Assembly (NCBI GenBank): GCA_964019425.1
Contig: OZ025781.1
Span: forward strand, 1,178,001-1,242,000
Length of the DNA: 64,000 bases
DNA from: Flectonema sp. DT1601
Taxonomy: Eukaryota
Reading direction: 5' to 3'
Shown here: piece after piece, positions 1 to 12,485 of the stretch
How positions within the stretch are numbered: the stretch's first letter is position 1
How the letters are laid out: each line of letters begins with the position of its first letter
Made by a program: the position numbers and the translations under genes
The notes under the pieces: generated by a model
Seen by the model: the letters and a program-made list of their open reading frames with translations, nothing else
Told to the model about the DNA's origin: nothing
Databases searched by the model: none

Positions 1-302
1 ACACCCTTAGGTACCTGTAGACCAACACATGATAAATGGTCGGCAGCATTACAATCGACGCATATTTTTATTTTATTGTTATCTAAACCTTCTCCCTCTC
101 CAGCGAATATCTCAGAGCTGCAATTACCGTTTGGGTGATATCCTAGACATCCCCAGCAACCTTTGTTACCTCTTTTATCACATCTTTGATGACCAACTCC
201 GAAACATGAATAACAGATTCTGTTGGGGCATTCTCTCCTGGCGTGTGATCCTCCGCAGATATGACACACGATTCCCTTCTCGCTGCTGAAGTAGCGAGAC
301 AT
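1..302 (-). CDS. CCHC zinc-knuckle protein, Air1/2 (ZCCHC7)-like; 3' end runs off the window
   Basis: Not in the ORF track because no stop occurs before the edge. ATG at 302 reads MSRYFSSEKGIV-CHICGGSHARREC-PNRI-CYSCFGVGHQRC-DKRGNKG-CWGCLGYHPNGNC...CVDCNAADHLSC: four knuckle-like motifs after an RYF motif. A pyrimidine-rich acceptor lies upstream at ~320. Confidence 0.75.
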   Translation of the reverse strand, partial: MSRYFSSEKGIVCHICGGSHARRECPNRICYSCFGVGHQRCDKRGNKGCWGCLGYHPNGNCSSEIFAGEGEGLDNNKIKICVDCNAADHLSCVGLQVPKG

Positions 303-580
303 GATTCCCTGCTGTCTTACTTTAGGGTGAAAAGAAAAGATGTTTGTTGTAACAAAATAATTTTTAGTTTCATGCGTCATGCTCTTCCTTCATTTGTCTT
401 TTTTGTTATTTTCTGAATAATATAATGATCAAAAGTAATCAATATTAATACATCACACACAACGTTTGATAAAGATGGTAACAAAATGAATATCTGTAAA
501 GAATATTCGGTATCGGTAATGACAAAAAGACAAATATTTAAAAAAAAAAAAAAAAAAAAAAAAAACATCTATCAATACTG

Positions 581-3500
581 TTAAGGATTCTCAAAAAAAG
601 ATAAGAAGCTAATCTTCTTTTTATTCTTTTTATTCTTTTCGTCAACTCCGCAGAGTCGCTTTGATCCATTCCTCAAATCAACTATTTTAATGCTGCTATC
701 ATCAGAGATTCCAAAGTGGCTGAATACATCATTTCTAGGAAGCTTGGCCCTTGGACTATACTGGGCATCAATTTTATTAGTGAGTTGTGGGATAGGAAGA
801 GGTTTTCGAATGGATCCAAAAACAGCTTTTTTCGAGACAGTTGGTTGCGACTGCACTTCCACTTCTTTTATACAAGGTTTTGATTCAAACAGTATTATTT
901 GACGGAGGTGTTCACGTCTGGAAATGGCAATCTTTTTAGAACTGTCTGTGACTGTGAATAAAATTTTACTTCTCTCAGGTACCTCTACCGTCAACAGGTC
1001 CTCAAAGTATCCCAACATATACTTTCCCGGAATTGTGGGAGCTGTAAATCTGTTGTCACAAAGAAAACCTTTTCCAGATTTTATTAGCCATCCTTTATAA
1101 AGACTAATATAATCAACGCGTGGGTCTTTGCTACCAAGTCGGAATACAGCAAGATAAGCCTGTTCTCTTCTGGTTAAATGATTACACAAGGACCATTTAA
1201 CAAGAAGTCGTTCACCTGGTTGGATGCCCTGGGGGTTTAGGAGAGTTATTTGAGCAGCCTTCTCAATCGTTTTTGAGATATCCTTCTTCGACATCTCAAA
1301 GTTGTGATACTTTCGAGTCAGAAGGTTGACTCTGGTGGTTTCTTTCACTTCAGTTCCGTGGTCAGAGTTCGCGGTGTGGATTCCCGATCCCATTTTTGTT
1401 AATTTCAGACTTTCTACATCACCTAAACTATCAAGGGTATCTCGACGTTGACGAGGTTCTTCTAATATAAAACGAAGAGATCGAGTGTCTGAAATACTCG
1501 ATTTCAACGCTGCAATCTTAACCTTGACACCCCGAAGTTTTGTGTCGTAGTATGCTGATTGCTGCGATGTTCCCCAAACCTTTTGTGTTTGGGTTGTTTT
1601 GTTTATCCAATAAAAATTACAAAAAAGTAACATTTTCATACCTTCGCCAAGAAAGTGGTGGCTTCCAACGTCTCAAGTCTTTCGAGCAGTTTCATTAGGG
1701 TTTCATTGAAAACAGATTCCTCACCGTCATTTATACTTTCCCAGAAAGATAAAAGTATTGCTTTACAACTCACAGAGAAATCTAAAGAGTTCACGGGGTC
1801 AGCTACTTCCTTACTGAGAACTCTCGCAATCCCACTTTTTAGTTCCCAAATAGCTTCCCTAATAACGGATTTAGAGCGACACGTTATAGTCTTCTTCACT
1901 ACTTGTACCTGTTGAGGACCAGGTGCTTCTTGAGAGAGGATACACGCTACAGGTCTGAGATCAATATTTTCAGCACCAGAAAGTATCAAATGAAGCTCTT
2001 CTTGAGCACGTTTACCTGAAGTGAGTGTTGGAGACGTATTCTTTTTTGCAAACAAAGAAGTCTCTCGTATTACAGAAAAACATACCAGCCTGGAAGAGTA
2101 AGTTTCTTCGATCTTCCGATCCTTCAGGTAATCCGCTGGCTAGCTTTAGTTGAAGTTGGACGAGGGGTCGAAGAGTGCAAACATAAAGAGCGCTGTGAGA
2201 TGTCGCATGTGATCTGATAGCTTCAAGTACTTGACAATATATTAAAGAACAGTCTTCAAGGTTCAATTCATCACAAGCTTTTTGAATAAAAACTAAAGCA
2301 GTAAGAGCTGGACGAAGACTACATTCCGGCCAATGCGACAGCTTTGCAGTAGAATTTCGAGGAACCGCCGCAAGAGTTTCCTTCAACCAGTCTAAGTGAA
2401 GCAGAGCTGCTGAATAATGTTCATCTTGCTCAACAGCAAGAATTCCGAATTTCACTACTTCACAACAGAGAATTGTACTCGCATGTGGTAACACTTCTCT
2501 TAGTAAAGGAAATACTGCTACAAGCATTTTAGCATCCTTTCTGTAAAAGCAAAGTTGCCACAGAATTCGAATGTACTCAGGGTGTCTGATTGAGGCTTCT
2601 TTTTCAACAACTTCGAGAGCGTTTATATAAAAACAATCCGACTGCTCTAAATCTGACATTAAATCAGCAACGTCTGACAGCAACTCTCCGAGTTGTAAAT
2701 TTAAAGCTGATCGAAGTGATATTGATTTGTTATAAAGTTCTATTGAAGATTCAACTTGTAATCTGTTCTTCATCGCAACCTCTGCGCTGACTCGTGCTGC
2801 TGCAGTTAGTACTTCGTGGTAGGGATGTGCTCTGTTTGTTTGTTTGTTTGTTTGTTTGTTTGTTTGTTTGTTTGTTTGTTTGTTTGTTTGTTTGTTTGTT
2901 TGTTTGTTTGTTTGTTTGTTTGTTTGTTTGTTTGTTTGTTTGTTTGTTTGTTTGTTTGTTTGTTTGTTTGTTTGTTTGTTTGTTTGTTTGTTTGTTTGTT
3001 TGTTTGTTTGTTTGTTTGTTTGTTTGTTTGTTTGTTTGTTTGTTTGTTTGTTTGTTTGTTTGTTTGTTTGTTTGTTTGTTTGTTTGTTTGTTTGTTTGTT
3101 TGTTTGTTTGTTTGTTTGTTTGTTTGTTTGTTTGTTTGTTTGTTTGTTTGTTTGTTTGTTTGTTTGTTTGTTTGTTTGTTTGTTTGTTTGTTTGTTTGTT
3201 TGTTTGTTTGTTTGTTTGTTTGTTTGTTTGTTTGTTTGTTTGTTTGTTTGTTTGTTTGTTTGTTTGTTTGTTTGTTTGTTTGTTTGTTTGTTTGTTTGTT
3301 TGTTTGTTTGTTTGTTTGTTTGTTTGTTTGTTTGTTTGTTTGTTTGTTTGTTTGTTTGTTTGTTTGTTTGTTTGTTTGTTTGTTTGTTTGTTTGTTTGTT
3401 TGTTTGTTTGTTTGTTTGTTTGTTTGTTTGTTTGTTTGTTTGTTTGTTTGTTTGTTTGTTTGTTTGTTTGTTTGTTTGTTTGTTTGTTTGTTTGTTTGTT

Positions 3501-6500
3501 TGTTTGTTTGTTTGTTTGTTTGTTTGTTTGTTTGTTTGTTTGTTTGTTTGTTTGTTTGTTTGTTTGTTTGTTTGTTTGTTTGTTTGTTTGTTTGTTCGTC
3601 ACATACCGAATTCCGAATTCCTCTTCCATCCGAATGATGGCGAGTCTAACAAGTTCATCAGCATCTCTGCTGCTTTCTGGTCGGATGAGGTCTGCTAATA
3701 AAAGAGAGTCTCTCATCCACTGTAATGGATTGTTGTGACTACATTCATTCTGACTACGAAGTTCAATAACTCTCCTGAGAACTCCAACAGCCAACAACCA
3801 GTCGGACGAGTGAATGTGAATTTGAATCATCGCATCTTGAAGAGGTAACATTTTAGATGCGTGATCCTTATCTACTCCAAGAACAGGTCTCAAACTTGGC
3901 ATTAACTTCGTTCGACGAGATGACATCGCCAACTGACAAGCTTGGATATCTCCTTCCATAATATATTTGATGCATGGAGGGTAGCTCACTGGTGTGAGTG
4001 TTTTTATTTTAGAAGCGACTGTACAGGACACTCCGAGGTTAGTTGAAGTGTCTTTAAATAATCGAAGTCTCAATAAGAAAACTGTTCTCTTCCTTAACAA
4101 GAATTGATCAATTTCCCCATTTGGTAAACACGCTGGGAAGTATTCAGCTGCTAATACTTCTTTTCCCTTCAACGGTATCTGAGGGACTTCAGGATCAAGT
4201 TGCTTCACAGCATCATTGTAACGAGTGATATGGAACAGGTCTCTTCTCGTAAAAGGAACTGCCGCAAATTTAGTTCGTAGCTTTTCTGCGATTGGACCCG
4301 CCCAGAGTCTACCGTCACTGTTGTCCAGTTGAGTGAGTCCTGTGAAGTGTTGTGTTGAATTATAGCAGAAGTTAGGTTTATGGTCCAAACATGAAAAAGA
4401 AATCCTTCTTCGGACCACCCTGGATTATAATCGTCAGAACTGACTATAATTTAATAAAAACAAATAAGAAGAAGCATTCGAAGACCAGCACATGCGACGG
4501 ATAACTTGATTCGTGACTTGTATTCGAAGTGGCTTCTGGCAGCCTGCAATACCAATCAAGTCAATTACATCGGTATTGGGAAATGCTGAAAGATGGAATA
4601 CCTTAAGTGAGGATCCGATGTCGACAATTACACCATGGAAATAAGTATTAATAAGGTTATATAACCACCTTATTTGCGGAAATGTTCAGGTTTTTGCCTT
4701 CTTTTATTCATCACCAACGCTTCTTTCAACAGCAGCTTCTTCGAGCAACTACTACGAATGTTTTAGACAGTGTGAGATAGAAGCATTTACTCAGAATGTG
4801 AACAGAATGTATCGAAGAGAAGTGAAATTTGTAAGTTTGCCGAAATTTAGAATGACCTGTTACACACGGAGGTAGTGTCGGAAGCGCATCATCATCACAG
4901 CGTGTGGGTTTCCCCTGCCCCTGAAGATTAGGAACTCACTCATGAAACAGCTGCCGAAAGCTAATAGGCGGCGAGATACAACAACAGAAATAATACAAAC
5001 CTGCACCAAGAAACGTTCCTAACAGCTGTACTGATATAGCAGCGATGTTCTGCCTCGTACACATATCACATGATAATTGTTGTAAACGATCTCGAACATG
5101 TGATTTTAGGCAACGCGCTGCCATCTCCACGCGAACCAAATCCGAAGCCGCGCGCAGCGTTTTAATCGGAAATCTGATTTTTTCTTCTCTTAACTGTTCG
5201 CTAGTTGAATACTTCGTGTGAGTGGATGGCCACAGTCCGTTGTTTTGTTCAGCAACTTGAATGATTTTTGCAATGAGACCGAGGGAGCTGTAATTTACTC
5301 CATTCTCATGTAAGAATGAACAGAGACCAGAGCTTGAGAACATTCTTATATTATTAAGTGATTGTGAGAGCCATTCCTTTATTAATCCAGGGATTCCAAT
5401 AAGGTAGTGATGAGTAACCGAGTGGACAAGTTCTTCAGAGCGAATCTCTGCTTCAGTACTGTTGTTCCAAGGAGTGCAAGAAGTGCTGCTTAAAGGAGCT
5501 TCAGTAGTCTTCCAAAGATATTCAGGTCGAAGTCTTTCAAGTAAGAAAGTAATACCATCACCATCAGGACCTCGGGGTGAGTTCATTTTAGAAAGTTGAA
5601 ATACCACTTCGTGGATATGATCTTCAGTGGCTTCATTACCGTCAGTGAACGATTCAATATCAGAGTGCATTGACCAAGGGAATAGAGATGCTGCATGACG
5701 TAGGTACAGCCTCCCATCTTTTGGACTAACGTGCGTCTCGATATCTAAACAACTTCCTAAACTGTCAGAAGAGAAGAATGAAGTTCGAATTCCGAGTCTT
5801 TCGCATAATAGTTTACAAGTCAGTCGATGTTCTTCTCTCTTACAAACCTGGTCAGGTGGTGGTCTTGATTTGTGAATAGGAGCGCAGTCGTCTTTGTATC
5901 CTCCGCATTGAAGTGTTTTGGAACTCAACCCCAAATCACACTCAATATATAAACAATACGATCCGTGATATGCGACACAGCAAAGTGGAACATAAATTCC
6001 AACTACACCAGTCGCAATGACTGCCCTGAGAGAGGATAGGTCGAGTGATGTTACTTTTCTTGCTTGTTCCCAACCTCCAAAACATTTTTTTCGATCATTC
6101 GTATCCACAACGTGAAATATCAAACCATCCAGAGAGACGACTCCCTCTCTTTCAGTTTTGATCGATTCCTTGCTGACGGATAATTCTAAGTCGTGAATCG
6201 CGATGGGGATTCTCAATTCCACGAAATCAGAAAAGTCGTCGCAGACTCGAGCAACCCATTCCGTCCATACAACGTAGTCATGGTGTTTTAATCTGTTGTT
6301 TTTTTTTTTTTTTTTTTTTTTCAATAGTGTTTTTAATATCAAAAGTTTCATTAGCTTAGCGATAGCATACCGTTGATGTCCACAAGCTTTTTGAAAAGCC
6401 TCATTAAATATTGAAGCATGAACTACCTCAGAAGGATCCCACTTGAGAGCTGGGTGTGGGAGGTTTATTAAATTGGTTTCTAATTGTTCTGTCATTTCAT

Positions 6501-6693
6501 CGTCATCGTTGTTGTTGATTTCTGAGATGGTTTTATTATTTTGATATTGTTGGTGAGAATCGCTCTTCATCTCTGAAGGTGGTGCTGCTTTTGAGATTAT
6601 AGCATCCGATACTGACCTCACTGAGTTATAATTTATATTCGAATTCATCACAGATTGCGTTCGGAAATGACGAGATCCCCAAGTGCTGTCCAT
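581..6693 (-). CDS. Large CLU (clustered-mitochondria)-domain protein with helical repeats and a C-terminal SKICH/Ig-like segment; 6 exons
   Basis: Exons 6693-6371, 6292-5001, 4339-3607, 2831-2086, 2015-1642, 1579-581. GT-AG introns 6293-6370, 4340-5000, 2832-3606, 2016-2085, 1580-1641 are all phase-compatible with the listed ORFs. CLU-central motifs LHENGVNYSSLG, VEMAARCLK and LWAGPIAEKLRTKF. Confidence 0.75.
2832..3596. repeat. (TTTG)n / (CAAA)n microsatellite of ~760 bp filling an intron
   Basis: Perfect tetranucleotide array. On the minus strand it lies between the donor GTATGT (3606) and the acceptor AAACAG (2832). Confidence 0.95.
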
Positions 6694-6855
6694 TTTGGGA
6701 CACCATTCAACCTGTTGAGAAAGATTATTTCAATTTTTCTGGTTCAAAAAAAAAAAAAACCTTTTTAATAATTTATCAAATCATCTGTTGAATCTATTTA
6801 TCTATTTTTTTATTATTGAATACAATTAGTGAGATGGCAGTAGAGGGGAAGGAAT

Positions 6856-8139
6856 CTATCCCCAGCCATCGAGAGGGTTTTTAAGTATTGGCGACCTCCT
6901 TCCATCAGAGGCATTGGCAGGAGACATTTCAAGAAGCGGATGTCTCTTATTCATTCGAGGAGTTGGTTTTGCCAAACGAGCCTGTTCAGCGGCTGACAGA
7001 AGTGGTGTAGAAGAATGTTTACGAGGAGATGCTAATACTGACAGACGGATACTACTTGTTGGAGGTTCTGAAGGAAGAGGTTGCTGTAGACGAGCGGGGC
7101 TGGGAACTGTGAGAATTGGTCTTGTCGACAACTCCGTTTCCAGCCGCCTGATTTTTTCACTATTTTCAAAAAATTGAATTTCCACTTCCCGAAGTCTTTC
7201 TAACTCTCTCGCAGCGTCTTCGTGTGCCTCCCCCTCCTGCTGGAGCTGCTTCCTCAAAACAGCTGCTTCCCTTCTGCTGTTCGCTAACTCGTTCTCAGTA
7301 ACCTGAACCCCACCGTACTGAAGCTGAAGGTTAGTGAGCTCGTCAAGGAGTTGTTGAAAATCAGTTTTGTGTTTTTGTTTATTTGCGTACAGATCTTTCT
7401 TAATCGCGGCATTGTCAGCCTCTAAAGATGAACAAGTAGCATTAGCAGCTGTGAGTCTATTACTACAATCAGTAAGAGAGTGGTGAAGAGTCTTCTCTCG
7501 ATCTTGTAAAGTTGAGATTGTGTTGGATACCAACTTATCTGTTAATGGATCTGATTTACGTCGTAAGCTGGTCAGTTCTTTCATTGCAGCGGCGTAGCGA
7601 TCGTCACGTGACTGCCAAATGTCTTCTAATCGACAAAGTTCTGCAGAAATATACTTCGTGTGTTTTCGTACGCCATTCTCTAACTCTTTAGCTGTCGAGT
7701 CTCTTTGAATGCGAGTCTGCAACGTCGCCATCTCGGAAGAGTAATTCCTCAACAGTTCCTGTGCCTGTCCAAACAGGGAATCTCCGTGACCCGGAGTCAA
7801 ACTTGGAAGAGGTTGCTGATGGTGAAGCTGTTCCCACAATTCTTGTTTTTCACGTTCTCGCAGCTTTACAATGGAAGCGAGTCTCTCATTCTCAACAATG
7901 TAGTTTTGCATATTATCAGACACTGAAGGAGTTATGATCGATCTTAATGGTGGTTTTCCTCTTTCTCGACTACTCGACATCACTTCCTTTACAGGTGAGG
8001 GAAGACCTTCTTCTATTGTCGGGATTGATTTAGACTTTTCCCGACGACTTCTTCTGCGCATCCAACAAAGCGCCACATTTCCAACCAGTGACAATCCTAA
8101 GAAAGCCGCCAGCATTGCGACAGGTAGCTCGCAATCCAT
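6856..8139 (-). CDS. Hypothetical protein with N-terminal transmembrane helix and long coiled coil
   Basis: Likely start MDCELPVAML at 8139, downstream of the acceptor TTCTCTCTTCAG (8239). Hydrophobic LAAFLGLSLVGNVALCW followed by RRRSRR, then a heptad-rich L/E/Q region. Confidence 0.7.
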   Translation of the reverse strand: MDCELPVAMLAAFLGLSLVGNVALCWMRRRSRREKSKSIPTIEEGLPSPVKEVMSSSRERGKPPLRSIITPSVSDNMQNYIVENERLASIVKLREREKQELWEQLHHQQPLPSLTPGHGDSLFGQAQELLRNYSSEMATLQTRIQRDSTAKELENGVRKHTKYISAELCRLEDIWQSRDDRYAAAMKELTSLRRKSDPLTDKLVSNTISTLQDREKTLHHSLTDCSNRLTAANATCSSLEADNAAIKKDLYANKQKHKTDFQQLLDELTNLQLQYGGVQVTENELANSRREAAVLRKQLQQEGEAHEDAARELERLREVEIQFFENSEKIRRLETELSTRPILTVPSPARLQQPLPSEPPTSSIRLSVLASPRKHSSTPLLSAAEQARLAKPTPRMNKRHPLLEMSPANASDGRRSPILKNPLDGWG

Positions 8140-8366
8140 TGTGTGTAGCGAGCTATTAGATAAAATAAATTTATAACAACTACGGCGCTCTGAAAGATTA
8201 TCTCCCTCTTCGATGTTGTAATTGTGATGAGTTTCATCCTGAAGAGAGAAACAGAATTGAGTGATATTTTCAAACACATTGCCATAAAAAACTACAATAA
8301 GAAAAACCAGATTTAAAATCGAACGGGTAGAGGACAAAGAACAAAAGGAATGGGAGTTGTCGTTCT

Positions 8367-8397
<31 letters not shown>

Positions 8398-8486
8398 CGG
8401 CCTGCTACTCCCCAGGGAGGGATTCCTTTCTCGAAACGATTCGTATAAGTAAGTTACAAAGGATTGTTCCCGAGTGTTGGAGTCAT

Positions 8487-8587
8487 ACGTACTCCCACGT
8501 CAGAGGTGAAATTCTTAGATCGTGGGAAGACGAACTTCTGCGAAAGCATTCGACAAGAATGTCTTCATTAATCAAGAACGAGAAAGT
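8487..8587 (+). pseudogene. 18S (SSU) rRNA fragment of ~100 nt, isolated
   Basis: GTCAGAGGTGAAATTCTTAGATCG...AAGACGAAC...GCGAAAGCATT...TTCATTAATCAAGAACG matches the conserved eukaryotic SSU segment 3' of V4, and the CCCACG/CGTGGG helix is intact. No other rDNA is recognisable in the flanks. Confidence 0.85.
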
Positions 8588-8895
8588 GAGCTTTTTAAAA
8601 AAAAAATAAATAAAAAAAAATATATTCCCCTTTCAAAAGAAGAAGGAAAAATTCGTCTGTAGTTTCAGACGATTTCATTACCAATATCACCATCATTGGG
8701 TTATTAGTATAGAGGATCATTACCTCCTGCTTGAAACTCCCCCTCCGTTGGGCTCCTTTCGCAAGAATTGGTTAATTTTTTTTAATATTTTCTATTTTTC
8801 GTGTTACGAACCGCAAAGCCGGTTTATTTATTTTATCGAAACCGAATTCAAGCAGAAAAAAGCTCTCGGGGGTGGGGTATCCATCATTTTTCATC

Positions 8896-9028
8896 AAAAT
8901 ACAAATGTATTGTATCATAAACAACATAACGATATTTTAACATTAGTTCTGAGATACAGTGACTAAAGGTAATGTTAGTGTAGGTATACACTCTGCGATT
9001 GACGTAAATACTTTACATTATAATAAAT
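8896..9028. repeat. Dispersed repeat family 1, copy A
   Basis: Near-identical to 23670-23802, and its left part recurs at 9087-9157. Confidence 0.85.
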
Positions 9029-9050
9029 GTTTCTAACTTAGCTGCAGTAC

Positions 9051-9167
9051 CTAACTCGGGGGGGTTAACTGTTCGAGTTTGTACGTAAAATACAAATGTT
9101 TTGTATCATAAACAACATAACGATAATTTAACATTAGTTCTGAGATACAGTGACTAACTCGGGGGGG
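9051..9167 (-). mobile_element. Short element family 1, copy B, with 14-bp direct repeats (TSD-like)
   Basis: CTAACTCGGGGGGG at 9051-9064 and 9154-9167 flanks a body starting TTAACTGTTCGAG that is shared with copy C. Confidence 0.75.
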
Positions 9168-10571
9168 GTACCCATCACCTTGGATAACTAAATTTTCCTC
9201 CCAACGCAACGCAGTTGCAAACTGTTAAACCAAATTATTTTATTTTACTTTATTTATTTACGAAGCCTCGTGAGACTAATTTTAAAAAAAAAAGCGGGTG
9301 TCCTCCATTTAAAGAATGGTGAGAATGATAAATAGAATTCAGAGCTGACGTACATTTACAGCTGCGAAACAATTTTCTTTCTTCCCTTTATTCAATCAAG
9401 TTTTGTTGTCAAGAGAAAGGAAAAGAAAGAAGGGGAAAAAAAAATAGAATTCAGTAAAAAAAAAAAAAAAAACATTAAAAGGAAACAATCAGTATTCCTC
9501 TGTGTTTCAATTATTAGATATGAACACAAAAGGAGCGGACCCGCATCACGAAGAATCAGGACATGTCGTGATAGGGCGTAAAAGTAAGCAGAAAGGAGGT
9601 CAGGGTGAATATCTGCGATCTAGCTTCCCAAAGAAGGGGAACAAAAAAAAAAAAAAAAAATTAATTGCTTTCACTAATCAATTCAGGGTAATAAGGTTCT
9701 ACTTTGATGGAAGTGATTTTTTTGAACATATTTCTAATGATCAAAAACAAACTCAACGAACATCAGTAATTTTATGAAAACGCTCGACTTAAAAAAGGTT
9801 GTAAAAATGTAATTTACATTACCATTTCCCTAATCATTTGATGAAGGGGGGTTTGCTTGTTTGCTTGTTTTTCACTTTTCCGCTTTGTGGAAATTATACA
9901 GGCTGAATGCCTCTCAAAGCCAGAATACAGTAGCGGAGCTATCCGCCTTATTGTCAGAGAAAATATCTTTTTTGTGAATGTGTCAACGTTCCTTTTGCTC
10001 TGCAAAAGAAACGAATCTTCATTCACATCGTCAGTCAGGTGAACTCCCGCTTACGAACTGACGCAGTGAAAATAAAATTACTACAGCTGAATGACTCAAA
10101 GCTATATAAACCCCCTATTTTTTTTTTTTTAAAGAAAACAAAAAGAAAAAAAATAAAATTATAACTGAGAGTCCACCGTGAACGGGGACTAAGGATTATA
10201 GACAACAAACAACACCAATACTGACCCAAAAATAGAAAGGACAGTAAAAGGTAACAGAGTCACAACTTCTGTAAAAACTTCTGTAAAAATAAATTAAGGG
10301 GACCCAGCTTTAGACAACAAGCAAGTCACTTACAAACGGAACCTATGATGGGTTTCGCCAACAGGAAGGGTTAGAAATAACTTGAACTACACAAGTAGGT
10401 AACAAATACAACTATAAAGGAACACCACCCAACTGACAGGTAAAGATTTTTTTTTTTTTTTTTTTTTTAAAAAACCTTGAAGTGATAAAAATGACCTGAA
10501 AAAAAAAAAAAAAACAAGCGAGCGCGTCCATTGCCATGAACGACTAGCATGGCAAAAAAAGATAAAGTGGA

Positions 10572-10606
<35 letters not shown>

Positions 10607-10635
10607 ACGTCTCGTTTTTGACAATAATGAAATTC

Positions 10636-10761
10636 CCATTCAGATAAGCGGCCTTGTTTTTTTGTTGATCACCAGACAGTATTACTGACGCATGTGGAAA
10701 TAGATAACATGACATAATAAATAAACGGCTCTTAATCTGAATAGTTTCTTCTCCGACTTCG
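10636..10761. repeat. Dispersed repeat family 3 with imperfect inverted ends, copy 1
   Basis: Second copy at 23231-23357. The last 66 nt are identical (10696-10761 = 23292-23357). ATTCAGATAAG and CTTAATCTGAAT can pair. Confidence 0.8.
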
Positions 10762-12352
10762 CATGGAGGAAAAGAAGTGGGATAAGAAACTGGTTGCTAT
10801 GTGAAAAGATTAAATTGATACGCTTTCTTTTTTTTTTGGAGGGAGTTGCATTATTTTAAATTAAGTCGCTAAACACTAAACATATCATAACATTATTATT
10901 ATTACACTTCACAAATACATATAGTAGGGTTTCCAACCAATCGAAACTCCGAAAAAGAAAAAAAAACTCATTACCCAATTAAGACAAACAAAAAAATAAC
11001 TAAAACTATAAATCAACTTTGAAAAACAAGGCTACCCATCATAATTTCTGTATCTTTTCTTAAACGACGTACAGGAATTATCAATGAAATGCCTTCACAA
11101 GAGAGTACGTAGCTGAAGGAAATGACTACCCAAATACTATGCACCAAAAGCATAGTTGAGGATGCCAGTTTTTCGCCAAAGAAGGTAATAGAAAAAAGAG
11201 GAAGCCAAAAACGATATGAAGGTCAGCCCTCCTCCCAACGGGTGGTCCACAGCAGAGCCGTGAATCTCGGTTTTTACTTTTTTTTACTTCGAACAAAATA
11301 AAAAACCTCCAGCAGAGGATTTTAGTTTGATTCAATATGCTAATTGCAAAGTCTTTTTTTTTTTTTTAAAGAAAGAGTGGGAAAAAAAAAAAAAATGATG
11401 TAACAAGAATGACAAAGTGACAATAAAACACTTTGCTCTTTTTTTTTTTTTTTTTTGAATTGAAGAAACAATATGATAACAAAACAAGCGTTGATCCGCT
11501 ATTGACTTAAGAAAAATAAAAAATAAAAAATTATTTTGTAAAAGAGAGGGCTGCTGCTACCAGATTTAATCCGACTTTAACTTTTACTAACTTTAAAAAA
11601 AAACAAAAAAAAAAAAATAACTTAAAAGAGTTGAGGGAGGGGTGAAGAAAAATTGGAATGAGACAGTGTGTTCATGCAATCAAAGCATGAAGTAATCATC
11701 ATATTATAAACACATTGGAATGAGAAGAAAAAACACTAAGTCTCTTGCATTGCAAAGGGTTTTTTTTTTTTGAAGAAGAAGAAGAAGAAAAACAAAGTAC
11801 TGAGTGAAACAAGAAAGGAAAAACGACAACACGCGACAAGCCTATTTGTCGTTTTTTTTTTCAGAAAAGATAAAAGGCTGTACTAAGTTTTCAGTTCCCA
11901 TCATACGAAGGGAAATTTTTAAAAAAATCTGTTTTTTTTTTTTTGATCTGTGTCTTCCCCCTGACTCAGGTATGATAATAGCGAAACAAAATATTTCCGT
12001 TTTTTGTCCGAAGTATTTCCGCAAAACCCTTCCAAAAGCAGGCATGCGGTCCTCTCCTCTTAACAAACAACAACATTCAGCTTACCCGAATAGGGGTAAT
12101 TGCAGAACCCTTTTTAGAAACGGAAAAAATAATAAAACGAAACAAACCGACAAACAGGACGAACAATAATAAGAAGTAAAAAGGATGATCTCCTTCTGTT
12201 AACGAAGGAAAGAAAGTTTCCTATTTCGCAGACAGAAAAAGTTTCATGAGAAAGGTCGCAAAAAAGTACAATAAATTACTTTTGTAATTTTGACAGCAAC
12301 TATTTGTCTCTGAGAAGTCTCTCAGAAAAAGATTAACCTCATTGAGTGCAAA

Positions 12353-12385
<33 letters not shown>

Positions 12386-12485
12386 ATAATAATAATAAAT
12401 AAATAAATAATTGTCATTCTGACTCTCTGATTCCACTACGACTTTACAGTCGTTATAATCAAAAATACGGAAGAATTGAGACATA

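Noticed and set aside
2794..3738. ORFs encoding (CLFV)n on + and (KQTN)n on -
   Set aside because: Translations of a stop-free microsatellite. A GT-AG intron removes it and restores the host frame.
4340..5000. Extra exon(s) within this 661-nt interval
   Set aside because: The internal acceptors I tested (e.g. 4921) hit stops. A single intron gives the correct phase and a continuous CLU motif.
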